Source: Candidatus Nanosynbacter lyticus (GTDB lineage: Bacteria > Patescibacteriota > Saccharimonadia > Saccharimonadales > Saccharimonadaceae). From it: a DNA stretch of 32,000 bases. The notes under the pieces were generated by a model, which ran no database searches, was not told where the DNA came from, and saw only the letters and a list, made by a program, of their open reading frames with translations. Below are positions 18,933-27,259 of this stretch, in pieces; the first letter of the stretch is position 1; every line of letters starts with the position of its first letter. The DNA is taken from NCBI RefSeq assembly GCF_000803625.1, contig NZ_CP007496.1, positions 510,001-542,000 of the forward strand, in the 5' to 3' direction. The position numbers were made by a program, and so were the translations under genes.

Positions 18933-20796
18933 TACGACGAATTCCGGCCGCGCTGGACTCTTCTTTAGTAATCTTAAAGCGCTTACCATCTTCATTCAGA
19001 ATTCCAGTATGATCAACGTGCGGGCCGCCGCAAACCTCAAAACTAATAATATTGTCATCTTCACCAATTGAATAAACCTTAACTTCTTCACCATAGCGCT
19101 CACCAAATGCACCAATAGCGCCCATTTTTAGTGCTTCTTCAGTTGGATAGACGGCAAACTTAACAGGCAAATCAGCATCAATCCAAGCGTTAACCTGATC
19201 TTCAACAGCCTGTTTTTCTTCCAAAGTCAATTTATCATGATTAAAATCAAAGCGCAGACGATCAGCGGTAATATTACTACCGTGCTGCTGCAAATCCGGC
19301 GCATTGAGGACTTTGCGAAGCGCCGCGCCCAATAAGTGTGTTGCCGTATGATACTTAAGATGAATTGGGTCGTGACCCTCGAGACCACCGCTAAATTGCC
19401 CCTTGCGGGCCGTCTTGGAGCGTTGGCGCTGCTCAGCCATCTTAGCATTAAATTCAGCACGCCAATTATCGGAAAGTTTGATGCCTTGCTTATGCGCCTC
19501 CTCAGTGCTCAGTTCCACTGGAAAACCAAAAGTGTCATACAAAGTAAATAGCTCCTCACCAGTCAGGCCATCATCAATATAATGCTGCATTTGTCTCAGG
19601 CCTTTGCGTAGTGTTTGACGGAAGGCTTTTTCTTCCTTGACCAACACAGCGATAATTTGCTCGCGACTCTCCTTAACCTCTGGAAAATCTGCTTCATATA
19701 AATTAGCAATCACTGGCACAACTTCTTGCATAAAGTTCTGCTCAATCCCCAGGTCAAAACTATAGCGAATCGCCCGGCGCAACAATCGGCGCATTACGTA
19801 GCCCTGCTCCTTATTACTCGGCACACAGCCATCAACCGCCATAAAAGTAGCAGCCCTGAGGTGATCAGCAATCACACGCATGCTTTCGGTATGCGAATCA
19901 TAATTTTTGCCACTCAAATCCTGCAATTTTTCAATAATTGGCCACAATAGGCTAATCTTGAAAACATCAGGGTCGTTATTAGATGCTGCCGCGATGCGCT
20001 CCAGGCCCGAACCGTGGTCTATATTTGGTTTTTCTAATGATTCAAACACACCATCAGCCACCTTTTTATAGGCCATAAAGACATTATTGCCGATTTCCAT
20101 AAAGCGCCCACAGTCGCAGTTCGGATGGCAATGTTCGCCAAATTTTGGATCATGCTCGATGAAATCGAACTCATAAAACATCTCGCTATCTGGCCCGCAC
20201 GGATCCCCAATTGGTGTAGTCTCCGGCCCGCCGTTGCGGCTCCACCAGTTCTTGCTGCCATCATAGTAAAAAATCCGCTCGCCCGGTTTAATACCGCGCG
20301 CATAACCGGCCTGTTCCGAACCAATATCAGCTTGACTGCTACTCAAGCCTGCTTTTTCGTATAGTTCCGCCCAAATCTCCGCCGCCTCAGTGTCTTTCGG
20401 GATATTATAGCGTTCATCGCCGATGTAACAGGTGACATAAACCCGGTTCATATCTAGCCCAACCTCTTCCGACAAAAATTGCCACATCCAATTAATCTGC
20501 TCTTTTTTGAAATAATCACCCAAACTCCAGTTACCGAGCATCTCAAAAAACGTCGTATGACGATTGTCACCAATGTCATCAATATCCTGCGCCCGTAAAC
20601 ACGACTGCGAATCGGCAATTCGCTTCCCCTCAGAGTGTGGCTCACCAAGCAGATAAGGAATCATCGGCTGCATACCCGCACCGGTAAATAGAGTAGTTGG
20701 ATCATTGGTGAGAATTAACGGGGCGCGCTTAATCACAGCATGTCCATTGCGTTGATAAAAATCGAGGTATTTTTGTCGGATATCTTGAGCTTTCAT
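18913..20796 (-). CDS. alaS: Alanine--tRNA ligase, short form ending after the editing domain
   Basis: MKAQDIRQKYLDFYQRNGHAVIKRAPL... catalytic core. Editing-domain HTATHLL and CGGPH motifs. The protein ends at ...AAGIRRIKAVLR, with no C-Ala region. Confidence 0.93.
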   Translation of the reverse strand: MKAQDIRQKYLDFYQRNGHAVIKRAPLILTNDPTTLFTGAGMQPMIPYLLGEPHSEGKRIADSQSCLRAQDIDDIGDNRHTTFFEMLGNWSLGDYFKKEQINWMWQFLSEEVGLDMNRVYVTCYIGDERYNIPKDTEAAEIWAELYEKAGLSSSQADIGSEQAGYARGIKPGERIFYYDGSKNWWSRNGGPETTPIGDPCGPDSEMFYEFDFIEHDPKFGEHCHPNCDCGRFMEIGNNVFMAYKKVADGVFESLEKPNIDHGSGLERIAAASNNDPDVFKISLLWPIIEKLQDLSGKNYDSHTESMRVIADHLRAATFMAVDGCVPSNKEQGYVMRRLLRRAIRYSFDLGIEQNFMQEVVPVIANLYEADFPEVKESREQIIAVLVKEEKAFRQTLRKGLRQMQHYIDDGLTGEELFTLYDTFGFPVELSTEEAHKQGIKLSDNWRAEFNAKMAEQRQRSKTARKGQFSGGLEGHDPIHLKYHTATHLLGAALRKVLNAPDLQQHGSNITADRLRFDFNHDKLTLEEKQAVEDQVNAWIDADLPVKFAVYPTEEALKMGAIGAFGERYGEEVKVYSIGEDDNIISFEVCGGPHVDHTGILNEDGKRFKITKEESSAAGIRRIKAVLR

Positions 20797-20804
20797 ATCT
20801 GTTA

Positions 20805-20813
20805 ATTATACCA
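20805..20813 (-). promoter_or_regulatory. Extended -10 (TGgTATAAT), 8 nt upstream of the alaS ATG
   Basis: Minus strand: TGGTATAAT-taacagat-ATG(20796). Confidence 0.45.
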
Positions 20814-20822
20814 TAACATAAA

Positions 20823-20843
20823 ATCGCCCCAAAACGAGGCGAT
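20823..20843 (-). terminator. Candidate terminator after rpsP
   Basis: Minus strand: ATCGCCTC-gtttt-GGGGCGAT (8 bp including one G-U), followed by TTTATGTT. Confidence 0.45.
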
Positions 20844-20861
20844 CTCAAATAGCTCAAATGA

Positions 20862-21212
20862 TTATTCAGCAGCGACTTCAGCTGGAGCTTCTTCTTTTGG
20901 CTGATTTTTACGCAGTTTTTCTGGGTTGCGAATCGCCTTATGTTTGTCAGCTGCAACTTCCTTAATCCACTTTGGCAACTTAACACCAGCTTCCTTAAGC
21001 AGTTTAACTACACGTGGGGTTGGCTGAGCGCCATTGTCCAAATATTTCTGAGCTAGTTCAGCCTGGATATTTGATTCTTTAGTGTGTGGGTTATAGCTAC
21101 CGACGTAAGCGACTACACGACCGCTTGATGGATGACGATGCGCTTCTTGTACCGCCAAGCGATATACTGGGTAACCTTTGCGACCTAGACGTTGCAAACG
21201 AATTGCTAGCAT
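20862..21212 (-). CDS. rpsP: 30S ribosomal protein S16, with a Lys/Glu/Ala-rich C-terminal extension
   Basis: MLAIRLQRLGRKGYPVYRLAVQEA...GSYNP is the canonical bS16 N-terminus. 116 aa. Confidence 0.93.
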   Translation of the reverse strand: MLAIRLQRLGRKGYPVYRLAVQEAHRHPSSGRVVAYVGSYNPHTKESNIQAELAQKYLDNGAQPTPRVVKLLKEAGVKLPKWIKEVAADKHKAIRNPEKLRKNQPKEEAPAEVAAE

Positions 21213-21288
21213 AAAATTAATTCTTCCTTTAACTCTACGTTTTATTATTCCTTACTTTAGAACAGTTTACACTATTTTTTACATAACG

Positions 21289-22323
21289 TCAATCTGTTTT
21301 CACAATTCCACCACCCAAACATTCCTGGCCACCATATATTACAGCAGACTGCCCGGGCGCTATTGCACGCTCAGGGGAGGAGAGATAGACAATATCACCG
21401 TCAATTCTCGCGTCAATCAGAGCTCCTCGGTGACGCAATCTAACCTGCACAGTTTCATCTTTCTCAGGCGGTCGGTTAATCCAATGCATATCGGTTAATG
21501 TCAATTCTTTACGCCACAAATTACCATTATCAATTGAGCGCGATACATAAACCTCGTTTTTATCCATATCTTTACCGATGACATAATACGGCAAACCACC
21601 ACCAACATTTAAACCATGCCGCTGTCCCAATGTGTAAAATATTGCGCCGTCGTGCCTGCCAATGATCACGCCTGTTTGCTGATCAATAATATTACCCGGC
21701 TTAGATTCAATATATTCTGACAAAAACTCGCGAATTCCCACCTGCCCGACAAAACAAATCCCCATCGATTCCTTTTTGCTAGCCGTCCACAAGCCCCGCT
21801 CTTTAGCCATCTCGCGTACCTCAGCCTTAGTAAAATCACCCAGCGGGAACATAGTCTTTGCCAGCGCCTCGGACGTCACCCGGTACAGGAAATAGGTTTG
21901 GTCTTTGTTGTCATCGTGCGCCCGGAGCAAACACCCCTCGCTCGTCCTGGCATAATGCCCCGTCGCGATATACTCCGTACCCGCTGCCAACGCCGCCTCT
22001 AAAAACAACTTAAATTTAACCTCTTGATTACACATGACATCAGGGTTTGGCGTGCGACCTGCTTGGTATTCGCGGATCATATAGTCAACAACATTTTGCT
22101 TGTACTCTTTTTGAAAATCAAACACCTGAAAATCAATTCCCAGCCCCACCGCCACGCGCTTGGCGTCAGCCACATCTTCCGCCCACGGACAGTGCATACC
22201 CGGTAAATCTTCCGACCAGTTTTTCATATACACACCAGTTACGTCGTGGCCTTGTTCAACCAATAGCGCTGCCGCCACTGACGAATCAACGCCGCCCGAC
22301 ATGCCAACAAATACCCTGCTCAC
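21289..22323 (-). CDS. mnmA: tRNA-specific 2-thiouridylase MnmA
   Basis: PP-loop VFVGMSGGVDSSVAAALL. Conserved catalytic Cys contexts. 344 aa. GTG start overlaps the upstream stop as GTGA. Confidence 0.95.
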   Translation of the reverse strand: MSRVFVGMSGGVDSSVAAALLVEQGHDVTGVYMKNWSEDLPGMHCPWAEDVADAKRVAVGLGIDFQVFDFQKEYKQNVVDYMIREYQAGRTPNPDVMCNQEVKFKLFLEAALAAGTEYIATGHYARTSEGCLLRAHDDNKDQTYFLYRVTSEALAKTMFPLGDFTKAEVREMAKERGLWTASKKESMGICFVGQVGIREFLSEYIESKPGNIIDQQTGVIIGRHDGAIFYTLGQRHGLNVGGGLPYYVIGKDMDKNEVYVSRSIDNGNLWRKELTLTDMHWINRPPEKDETVQVRLRHRGALIDARIDGDIVYLSSPERAIAPGQSAVIYGGQECLGGGIVKTD

Positions 22324-22916
22324 CTTGACAGCCCCAGAGCAAACAGCCCAATTCTCATTAATTCACCTAAAGCCAGCCACCAGCCCCATGGCGTCAGCCA
22401 CCACCACGGACTCCAGCTTTTATCATAAACAACTGGATGGCTTCGAATTTTTACATCCTGAAATTGCGATGAAAACTCAAGTTTTGCACGCCGCATATGA
22501 TAACCGCTCGTCACTAAAATAACATCCTTAATTTTTCTCGAATCAATAATCTTTTTTACCTCAGTAGCATTTTGTTTGGTGGTCTCAGAAGATTCTTCCA
22601 TGACAATAGCGCTCTTAGGGACGCCGCTATTAACCGCCCTCTGATACATAGCCTTGGCATTTGACGGACCAGACTTATCCGCTGCAGCACCCGAAACAAT
22701 AATTAATGGCGCCCAGTCTGTCTTATATAATTTAATCGCCTCGTCAGTTCGTGCATTTGTATCACCGCCGCTTACCACTATAATAGCATCGGCCATACGG
22801 CAATCGCCATCACCTGGAGCATCACACTTTTCTAAATCATTTGGCGATAAATAAACACTAAGTCCAAACACAACTATCGCCGTAAAAATCACCAAACCGA
22901 TTATCTTATGAATCAC
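22320..22916 (-). CDS. DUF218 (YdcF/ElyC/SanA-like) membrane protein
   Basis: N-terminal TM. IIVVSGGD...LIIVSGAA...ILVTSGYHMRRA core. Trp-rich C-terminal TM. GTGA overlaps at both ends. Confidence 0.8.
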   Translation of the reverse strand: MIHKIIGLVIFTAIVVFGLSVYLSPNDLEKCDAPGDGDCRMADAIIVVSGGDTNARTDEAIKLYKTDWAPLIIVSGAAADKSGPSNAKAMYQRAVNSGVPKSAIVMEESSETTKQNATEVKKIIDSRKIKDVILVTSGYHMRRAKLEFSSQFQDVKIRSHPVVYDKSWSPWWWLTPWGWWLALGELMRIGLFALGLSR

Positions 22917-24070
22917 CGACTAACCCTTTCAGTCTCTAAACGTACCGCCTCGATAATTAATTGGCTAGCCAACTTAATATTATCTTCATTATTCAATTTT
23001 CCTAAAGTTAGCCTTAAGCTGCCGCCAATTTCTGATTCGCTTAGGCCAATACTCGACAGCACATGGGAGCGCGTACCAGAATTGGCTGCGCAAGCACTTC
23101 CCGTGGCCACCAACACACCGCGACTCTCTAATAAGAAAATCAGCCGCTCAGCATCCAACCCAGGAAATGAAATATTCAGAAAGCTTACTAGACTTTTTTT
23201 CATATCTGAAGATGTGACAATTTCTGGAAAAGCCTGTCGTAAATCTTTTACCAATTCTTCTCGCAATTTTCGTAACCGCTTAATTTCCGCAGAACGTCGT
23301 TTTTGCGCCAGCTCTAGAGCGGTCGCGAATCCCACTACACCAGCCACATTCTCTGTACCGCTACGCAAACCCAACTCCTGACCACCACCTAAAATATTAG
23401 CAGATAAGATAACGCCCGGACGAACCCAAAGTAGTCCAACCTGCTTTGGACCATAAACTTTTGCGGCCGAAAGAGTGAGCAGATCAACACCAAGGCGCTT
23501 AATCTTCACGTCAATTAAAGCTGCTGCCTGTGAAGCATCGGTATGAAAAACCAATGGCGTTGATTCGCCAGCATCCTGACGCCTGAGTCGCTCAGTTTTT
23601 ATGATTTCTGCGATTTCTTCAATTGGCTGAATATAACCCAACTCATGATTCACCAGCGCAATACTGATAAAACTAACATCTGGCGTTAGCATTTTTTTCA
23701 CCAGCTGCGGATCAATGCGACCATTTTTCATCGGCTGGATAAATCGAACTTCCGAACGTGCCTTTGCGGAATTAATAACCGCGTCATGCTCAATAGCCGA
23801 TATTAAGCTCACACCACCAGCTGCATTAAACGCCAAATTGATAGACTCCGTCGCGCCCGCCGTCATTATCAGTTCATCAGCCATCACCCCAAGACAGCGA
23901 GCTAATCGTGATTTTGCTTGCTGGTATTCACGCTTAGTGAATATCGCCGGAGCATAAGGACTAGACGGATTGAAAAACTTCTCAGAAAAATATGGCAACA
24001 TAGCCTCAATCACCAACGGATCCATCGGCGTAGCAGCGGCATGATCAAGATAAATATAATCTCTATTCAC
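22913..24070 (-). CDS. Cysteine desulfurase (class V aminotransferase, NifS/YrvO-like)
   Basis: IYLDHAAATPMDP N-terminus. PLP-lysine context SAAKVYGPK. Active-site loop TGSACAANS. GTG start. Confidence 0.9.
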   Translation of the reverse strand: MNRDYIYLDHAAATPMDPLVIEAMLPYFSEKFFNPSSPYAPAIFTKREYQQAKSRLARCLGVMADELIMTAGATESINLAFNAAGGVSLISAIEHDAVINSAKARSEVRFIQPMKNGRIDPQLVKKMLTPDVSFISIALVNHELGYIQPIEEIAEIIKTERLRRQDAGESTPLVFHTDASQAAALIDVKIKRLGVDLLTLSAAKVYGPKQVGLLWVRPGVILSANILGGGQELGLRSGTENVAGVVGFATALELAQKRRSAEIKRLRKLREELVKDLRQAFPEIVTSSDMKKSLVSFLNISFPGLDAERLIFLLESRGVLVATGSACAANSGTRSHVLSSIGLSESEIGGSLRLTLGKLNNEDNIKLASQLIIEAVRLETERVSR

Positions 24071-24076
24071 TTTTTT

Positions 24077-24085
24077 ATTATATCA
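24077..24085 (-). promoter_or_regulatory. Extended -10 (TGaTATAAT), 6 nt upstream of the desulfurase GTG
   Basis: Minus strand: TGATATAAT-aaaaaa-GTG(24070). The TG is supplied by the TGA stop of the upstream ORF. Confidence 0.4.
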
Positions 24086-24520
24086 GAGCGGCTGACCGGT
24101 TTGCGGGTCTTTCTTATAGAGCTGCCGAGAAACTCGCTCGTAATATTCCTTAGTCGCTAAGATAAAGTTCTGAAGTTCAGCGCCCTCTAGGTAAGTGTAT
24201 TGATAATTTGGCTGAATTTTCAAAATTCCTTTTGCCTGAATTTCATAACGCGTTGTCAACTCTTGCCGACCGCCTTTACCATCAGATACTTCCTCATACC
24301 AGATCCAGGTATCTTTGTCCAAGTTAAAGAACTCACGACGCGTCACATGCGCTGGCTTCTCACCAAAAATCGTCGCGCCAATTTCACTTTCCAGCTGAAT
24401 TAATTCACGCTCAGTGAATTTCTTTAAGGGCCGATCTTTTTTACGAAACTTTAATAATGATGCTGCGTCGCTATCGTCAGCAAAAACCAAACCTCGTACT
24501 TTTTTTAATAAACGAGGCAT
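24083..24520 (-). CDS. Hypothetical protein (145 aa)
   Basis: Intact ORF in the operon orientation. GAGGTG lies 6 nt upstream of the ATG. The start abuts the upstream stop (TAAATG). No motif recognised. Confidence 0.6.
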   Translation of the reverse strand: MPRLLKKVRGLVFADDSDAASLLKFRKKDRPLKKFTERELIQLESEIGATIFGEKPAHVTRREFFNLDKDTWIWYEEVSDGKGGRQELTTRYEIQAKGILKIQPNYQYTYLEGAELQNFILATKEYYERVSRQLYKKDPQTGQPL

Positions 24521-24817
24521 TTATAACACCTCGTTAGTTTTAGCTTTTCGAAGCTCCGCCAACAAATTACCAATTTTCAATGGAATTTTAGTAGGATCAG
24601 CGTCGGGCTTATTAAGCTTATTTCTATAATCAGCAAAAGATTTATTGACATTATTTTCAATAGGTCCTTGATTCATCGCAACCTTACCAAATTTCAAATT
24701 AGAATCAGTGTTAATCTTATTTTTTGCACAATCAGGAAAAACAGCGTTAACTGCTTCGCGAGCTCCAACTTCAGATGTTTTTGTAACACATTTAACACGT
24801 TCCAGCGTAATATTCAT
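24521..24817 (-). CDS. Hypothetical Lys/Asn-rich protein (98 aa)
   Basis: ORF 24521..24832, whose first codon is TTG. I prefer ATG 24817 (MNITLERV...), with GGAG 3 nt upstream and 11 nt after the tatD stop. It is AT-rich relative to its neighbours. Confidence 0.5.
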   Translation of the reverse strand: MNITLERVKCVTKTSEVGAREAVNAVFPDCAKNKINTDSNLKFGKVAMNQGPIENNVNKSFADYRNKLNKPDADPTKIPLKIGNLLAELRKAKTNEVL

Positions 24818-24828
24818 TTTCTCCACTT

Positions 24829-25647
24829 TCAAATGCCAAAAAGCTGTTTTGTATTACGGACAGTGACTTCACTTAGGACATTGAAATCAATATTTCGCTT
24901 CTCCGCCCAATATTTTGCCACCAACTCCACGTATTCTGGCTTATTTATCTTACCACGAAATGGCTTTGGCGTCAAGAATGGAGCGTCAGTTTCCACCAAT
25001 AGCCGATCTAGGGGAATTGTGGCAAATAATTCCTGCTGCGCCTGCACCTTCGTAAACGTGCTAATTCCGTTAAGTCCTACGTACAAATTCCGCGAAAAAC
25101 CCTTCTCCAGATTGGCGCGTGTATCAGTAAAACTATGTAGTACGCCGCGCAGCCCATGAAAATTATCAAAAATCGGCCAAAAATCATCCCACACCGACGG
25201 CTGATCAGGCGCACCATCACGAATGTGAAAGCTTACCGGCAAATCATAATCCACCGCCAGCTGCAGCTGCGCCTCCAGCGCCTGAATTTGCACCTCGCGC
25301 GGACTGTGATTGTAATAATAATCAAGCCCAATTTCGCCAATCGCTACAATTGGTGAATCCTCTGCCTTTTCTTTTACCAGCCGCTCTATCTCACCCCAAC
25401 CGTCCTTGCTGTCATGCGGATGAACGCCGACTGCTGCCCACACATAATCGTGGTTAGCGGCAAATTCCACCGCCTGTTGGCTACTACGCTCGTCAGTACC
25501 AACACAAATCATACCGATGCCCGCGGTGATTGACTGACTATAAAATTCCTCACGATTGTCCGCAAAAAATTCAGTGTCGTGCAAGTGACAATGCGAATCA
25601 ATCAAACGTAAATCTGTCACCGCGTGATGCTCCGCTACTGAATTCAT
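24829..25647 (-). CDS. tatD: TatD-family metal-dependent hydrolase/DNase
   Basis: IDSHCHLHDTEF metal-binding motif. GEIGLDYY. HSF and ETDAPFL motifs. 272 aa. Confidence 0.92.
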   Translation of the reverse strand: MNSVAEHHAVTDLRLIDSHCHLHDTEFFADNREEFYSQSITAGIGMICVGTDERSSQQAVEFAANHDYVWAAVGVHPHDSKDGWGEIERLVKEKAEDSPIVAIGEIGLDYYYNHSPREVQIQALEAQLQLAVDYDLPVSFHIRDGAPDQPSVWDDFWPIFDNFHGLRGVLHSFTDTRANLEKGFSRNLYVGLNGISTFTKVQAQQELFATIPLDRLLVETDAPFLTPKPFRGKINKPEYVELVAKYWAEKRNIDFNVLSEVTVRNTKQLFGI

Positions 25648-25649
25648 GG

Positions 25650-27161
25650 TTATTTTCCTTGGACTTCTACTTTTGGTGCGCGCGGATCGGGCGTATGAAG
25701 ATATTTGCGCGGGAATAATGGCGTCAATTCCGACGGCACGACACCACTAGCAAACATCTCATGAATTTTCTCAGCAGTCTGCGGCATAAATGGTCGTAGC
25801 ATATCAGAAACTTGCAATAATGCACCGCAAGCATGCGCTAAAATCTCGCCCAGATGCGCCTCTGCCTCTGGATCTTTGTCACGATTTTTTGCGACTTGCC
25901 ATGGCTGGACACGCTCAATATATTGGTTCAATGTGCGAATAATTCGCCAAATCTCATCCATAGCCTGATCAAACATAAAACCCTCCATCGCCTGGCGGTA
26001 CGGACCCATGTCATGTTCGGCTTGCGGCGCATCGCCGATGACGCCGGCTTGGTACGACTGCACCATCTTGGCCACGCGCTGCACCAAATTACCCAGGTCA
26101 TTACCCAGCTCGCCGTTATACGCTGCCTCAAATTTCTCCCATGTAAAGTCGCCATCATCCTGAGTTGGCACGTGGCGCAGGAAATAATAGCGGAAGGCCT
26201 CGACACCGTAGTGCGGGATGATATCAGCTGGTCCGACACCATTACCGAGGCTCTTACTCATTTTGGCGCCACCAACGTTGATAAATCCATGTACCAACAA
26301 CACTTTCGGTAGCGGCAAATCCAGTGCTATCAACATCGCCGGCCAAATCCCAGCATGGAAACGAAGAATGTCCTTGCCGATCACCTGCACATTTGCTGGC
26401 CAAAAACTCTGCCACTCCTCTGGCCGGTCAGGGTAGCCAATGACCGTAATGTAATTACTCAGTGCATCCAGCCAGACATACATCACCTGCGTATCATCGC
26501 CCGGCACTGGCACACCCCAGCTCAAATTCTTTCGCGGACGCGAAATTGACACGTCTTTCAAGCCATCTTTCATCAATTCCAAAAACTCTTTTTTGCGGAA
26601 TTCAGGTACAATTTTCATCTTGTTTGACTCAATCGCCTGGCGAATTTTGTCCGAAAAAGCACTGGTCTTAAAATAATAATTTTCCTCGCTCAGCCGCTGA
26701 TATGGCGCCTGGTGATCAGGACAACTACCATTATTTTCAGCTGCTTCTTTGTCAGTGACGAACGCCTCGCAGCCCTGACAATACCAGCCCTCATAAGTAC
26801 CTTTGTAGATGTAGCCGGCCGCAGCAAGTTTCTGCCAAATATACTGCACCGCACCAACGTGATGTGGGTCAGTTGTGCGGATAAAATCCGTCGCCGAAAT
26901 GTTCAGCTCAGCGATCATATTCTGAAAATTGACATGCATTTGATCGACATAGGCTTGTGGTGTTTGATTTTGACTGGCAGCCTTGGCAGCAATTTTATTA
27001 CCATGCTCATCCACACCTGTCTGAAAACGCACCTCGCGGCCATTTTGCCGCTGATATCGCGCCCATACATCTGCCAACATATAATCCATGGCGTGCCCGA
27101 TGTGCGGCAAACCGTTGACATAAGGAATAGCGGTAGTGATGTAGGCGTGTTGTTTAGTCAT
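25650..27161 (-). CDS. metG: Methionine--tRNA ligase (short form, no C-terminal tRNA-binding domain)
   Basis: YITTAIPYVNGLPHIGH (HIGH motif), KMSKS, and a CxxC...CPDH knuckle. Start at ATG 27161 (MTKQHAY...); the track's 12-aa extension would cover the promoter. Confidence 0.95.
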   Translation of the reverse strand: MTKQHAYITTAIPYVNGLPHIGHAMDYMLADVWARYQRQNGREVRFQTGVDEHGNKIAAKAASQNQTPQAYVDQMHVNFQNMIAELNISATDFIRTTDPHHVGAVQYIWQKLAAAGYIYKGTYEGWYCQGCEAFVTDKEAAENNGSCPDHQAPYQRLSEENYYFKTSAFSDKIRQAIESNKMKIVPEFRKKEFLELMKDGLKDVSISRPRKNLSWGVPVPGDDTQVMYVWLDALSNYITVIGYPDRPEEWQSFWPANVQVIGKDILRFHAGIWPAMLIALDLPLPKVLLVHGFINVGGAKMSKSLGNGVGPADIIPHYGVEAFRYYFLRHVPTQDDGDFTWEKFEAAYNGELGNDLGNLVQRVAKMVQSYQAGVIGDAPQAEHDMGPYRQAMEGFMFDQAMDEIWRIIRTLNQYIERVQPWQVAKNRDKDPEAEAHLGEILAHACGALLQVSDMLRPFMPQTAEKIHEMFASGVVPSELTPLFPRKYLHTPDPRAPKVEVQGK

Positions 27162-27167
27162 AGGTAA

Positions 27168-27176
27168 ATTATAGCA
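27168..27176 (-). promoter_or_regulatory. Extended -10 (TGcTATAAT), 6 nt upstream of the metG ATG
   Basis: Minus strand: TGCTATAAT-ttacct-ATG(27161). Confidence 0.5.
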
Positions 27177-27221
27177 AATTAAACAGAGTATCTCCACCAG
27201 GTGACCATATTAAACAATATT

Positions 27222-27230
27222 TGTTATAAT
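27222..27230 (+). promoter_or_regulatory. Extended -10 (TGtTATAAT) for the cell-wall-binding/Ltp-like gene
   Basis: TGTTATAAT at 27222..27230, followed by a 29-nt leader carrying AGGAGG (27250..27255) 4 nt before ATG 27260. Confidence 0.5.
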
Positions 27231-27259
27231 GGTAATTGCAATAATACTTAGGAGGAGTA

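Noticed and set aside
20729-20986. 85-aa minus-strand ORF bridging the alaS start, the intergenic promoter/terminator region and the rpsP 3' end.
   Set aside because: It overlaps the rpsP coding sequence out of frame, runs across the intergenic signals and overlaps the 5' end of alaS. It has no RBS and no motif.
24083-24817. Calling the 98-aa/145-aa pair a toxin-antitoxin system.
   Set aside because: Only their size and coupling fit. There is no recognisable toxin or antitoxin fold motif, no own promoter or operator palindrome, and no mobile context. They are kept as an open finding rather than a call.
27162-27197. N-terminal extensions offered by the ORF track: metG (+12 aa), ftsA-like (+32 aa, to 18111), trxA (+7 aa), pgeF-like (+4 aa), NUDIX (+4 aa), YabE-like (+2 aa).
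   Set aside because: In each case a downstream ATG has either an SD or the TGnTATAAT-N6 signature and aligns with the family's conserved N-terminus. The extension would instead cover promoter sequence or the neighbouring gene.
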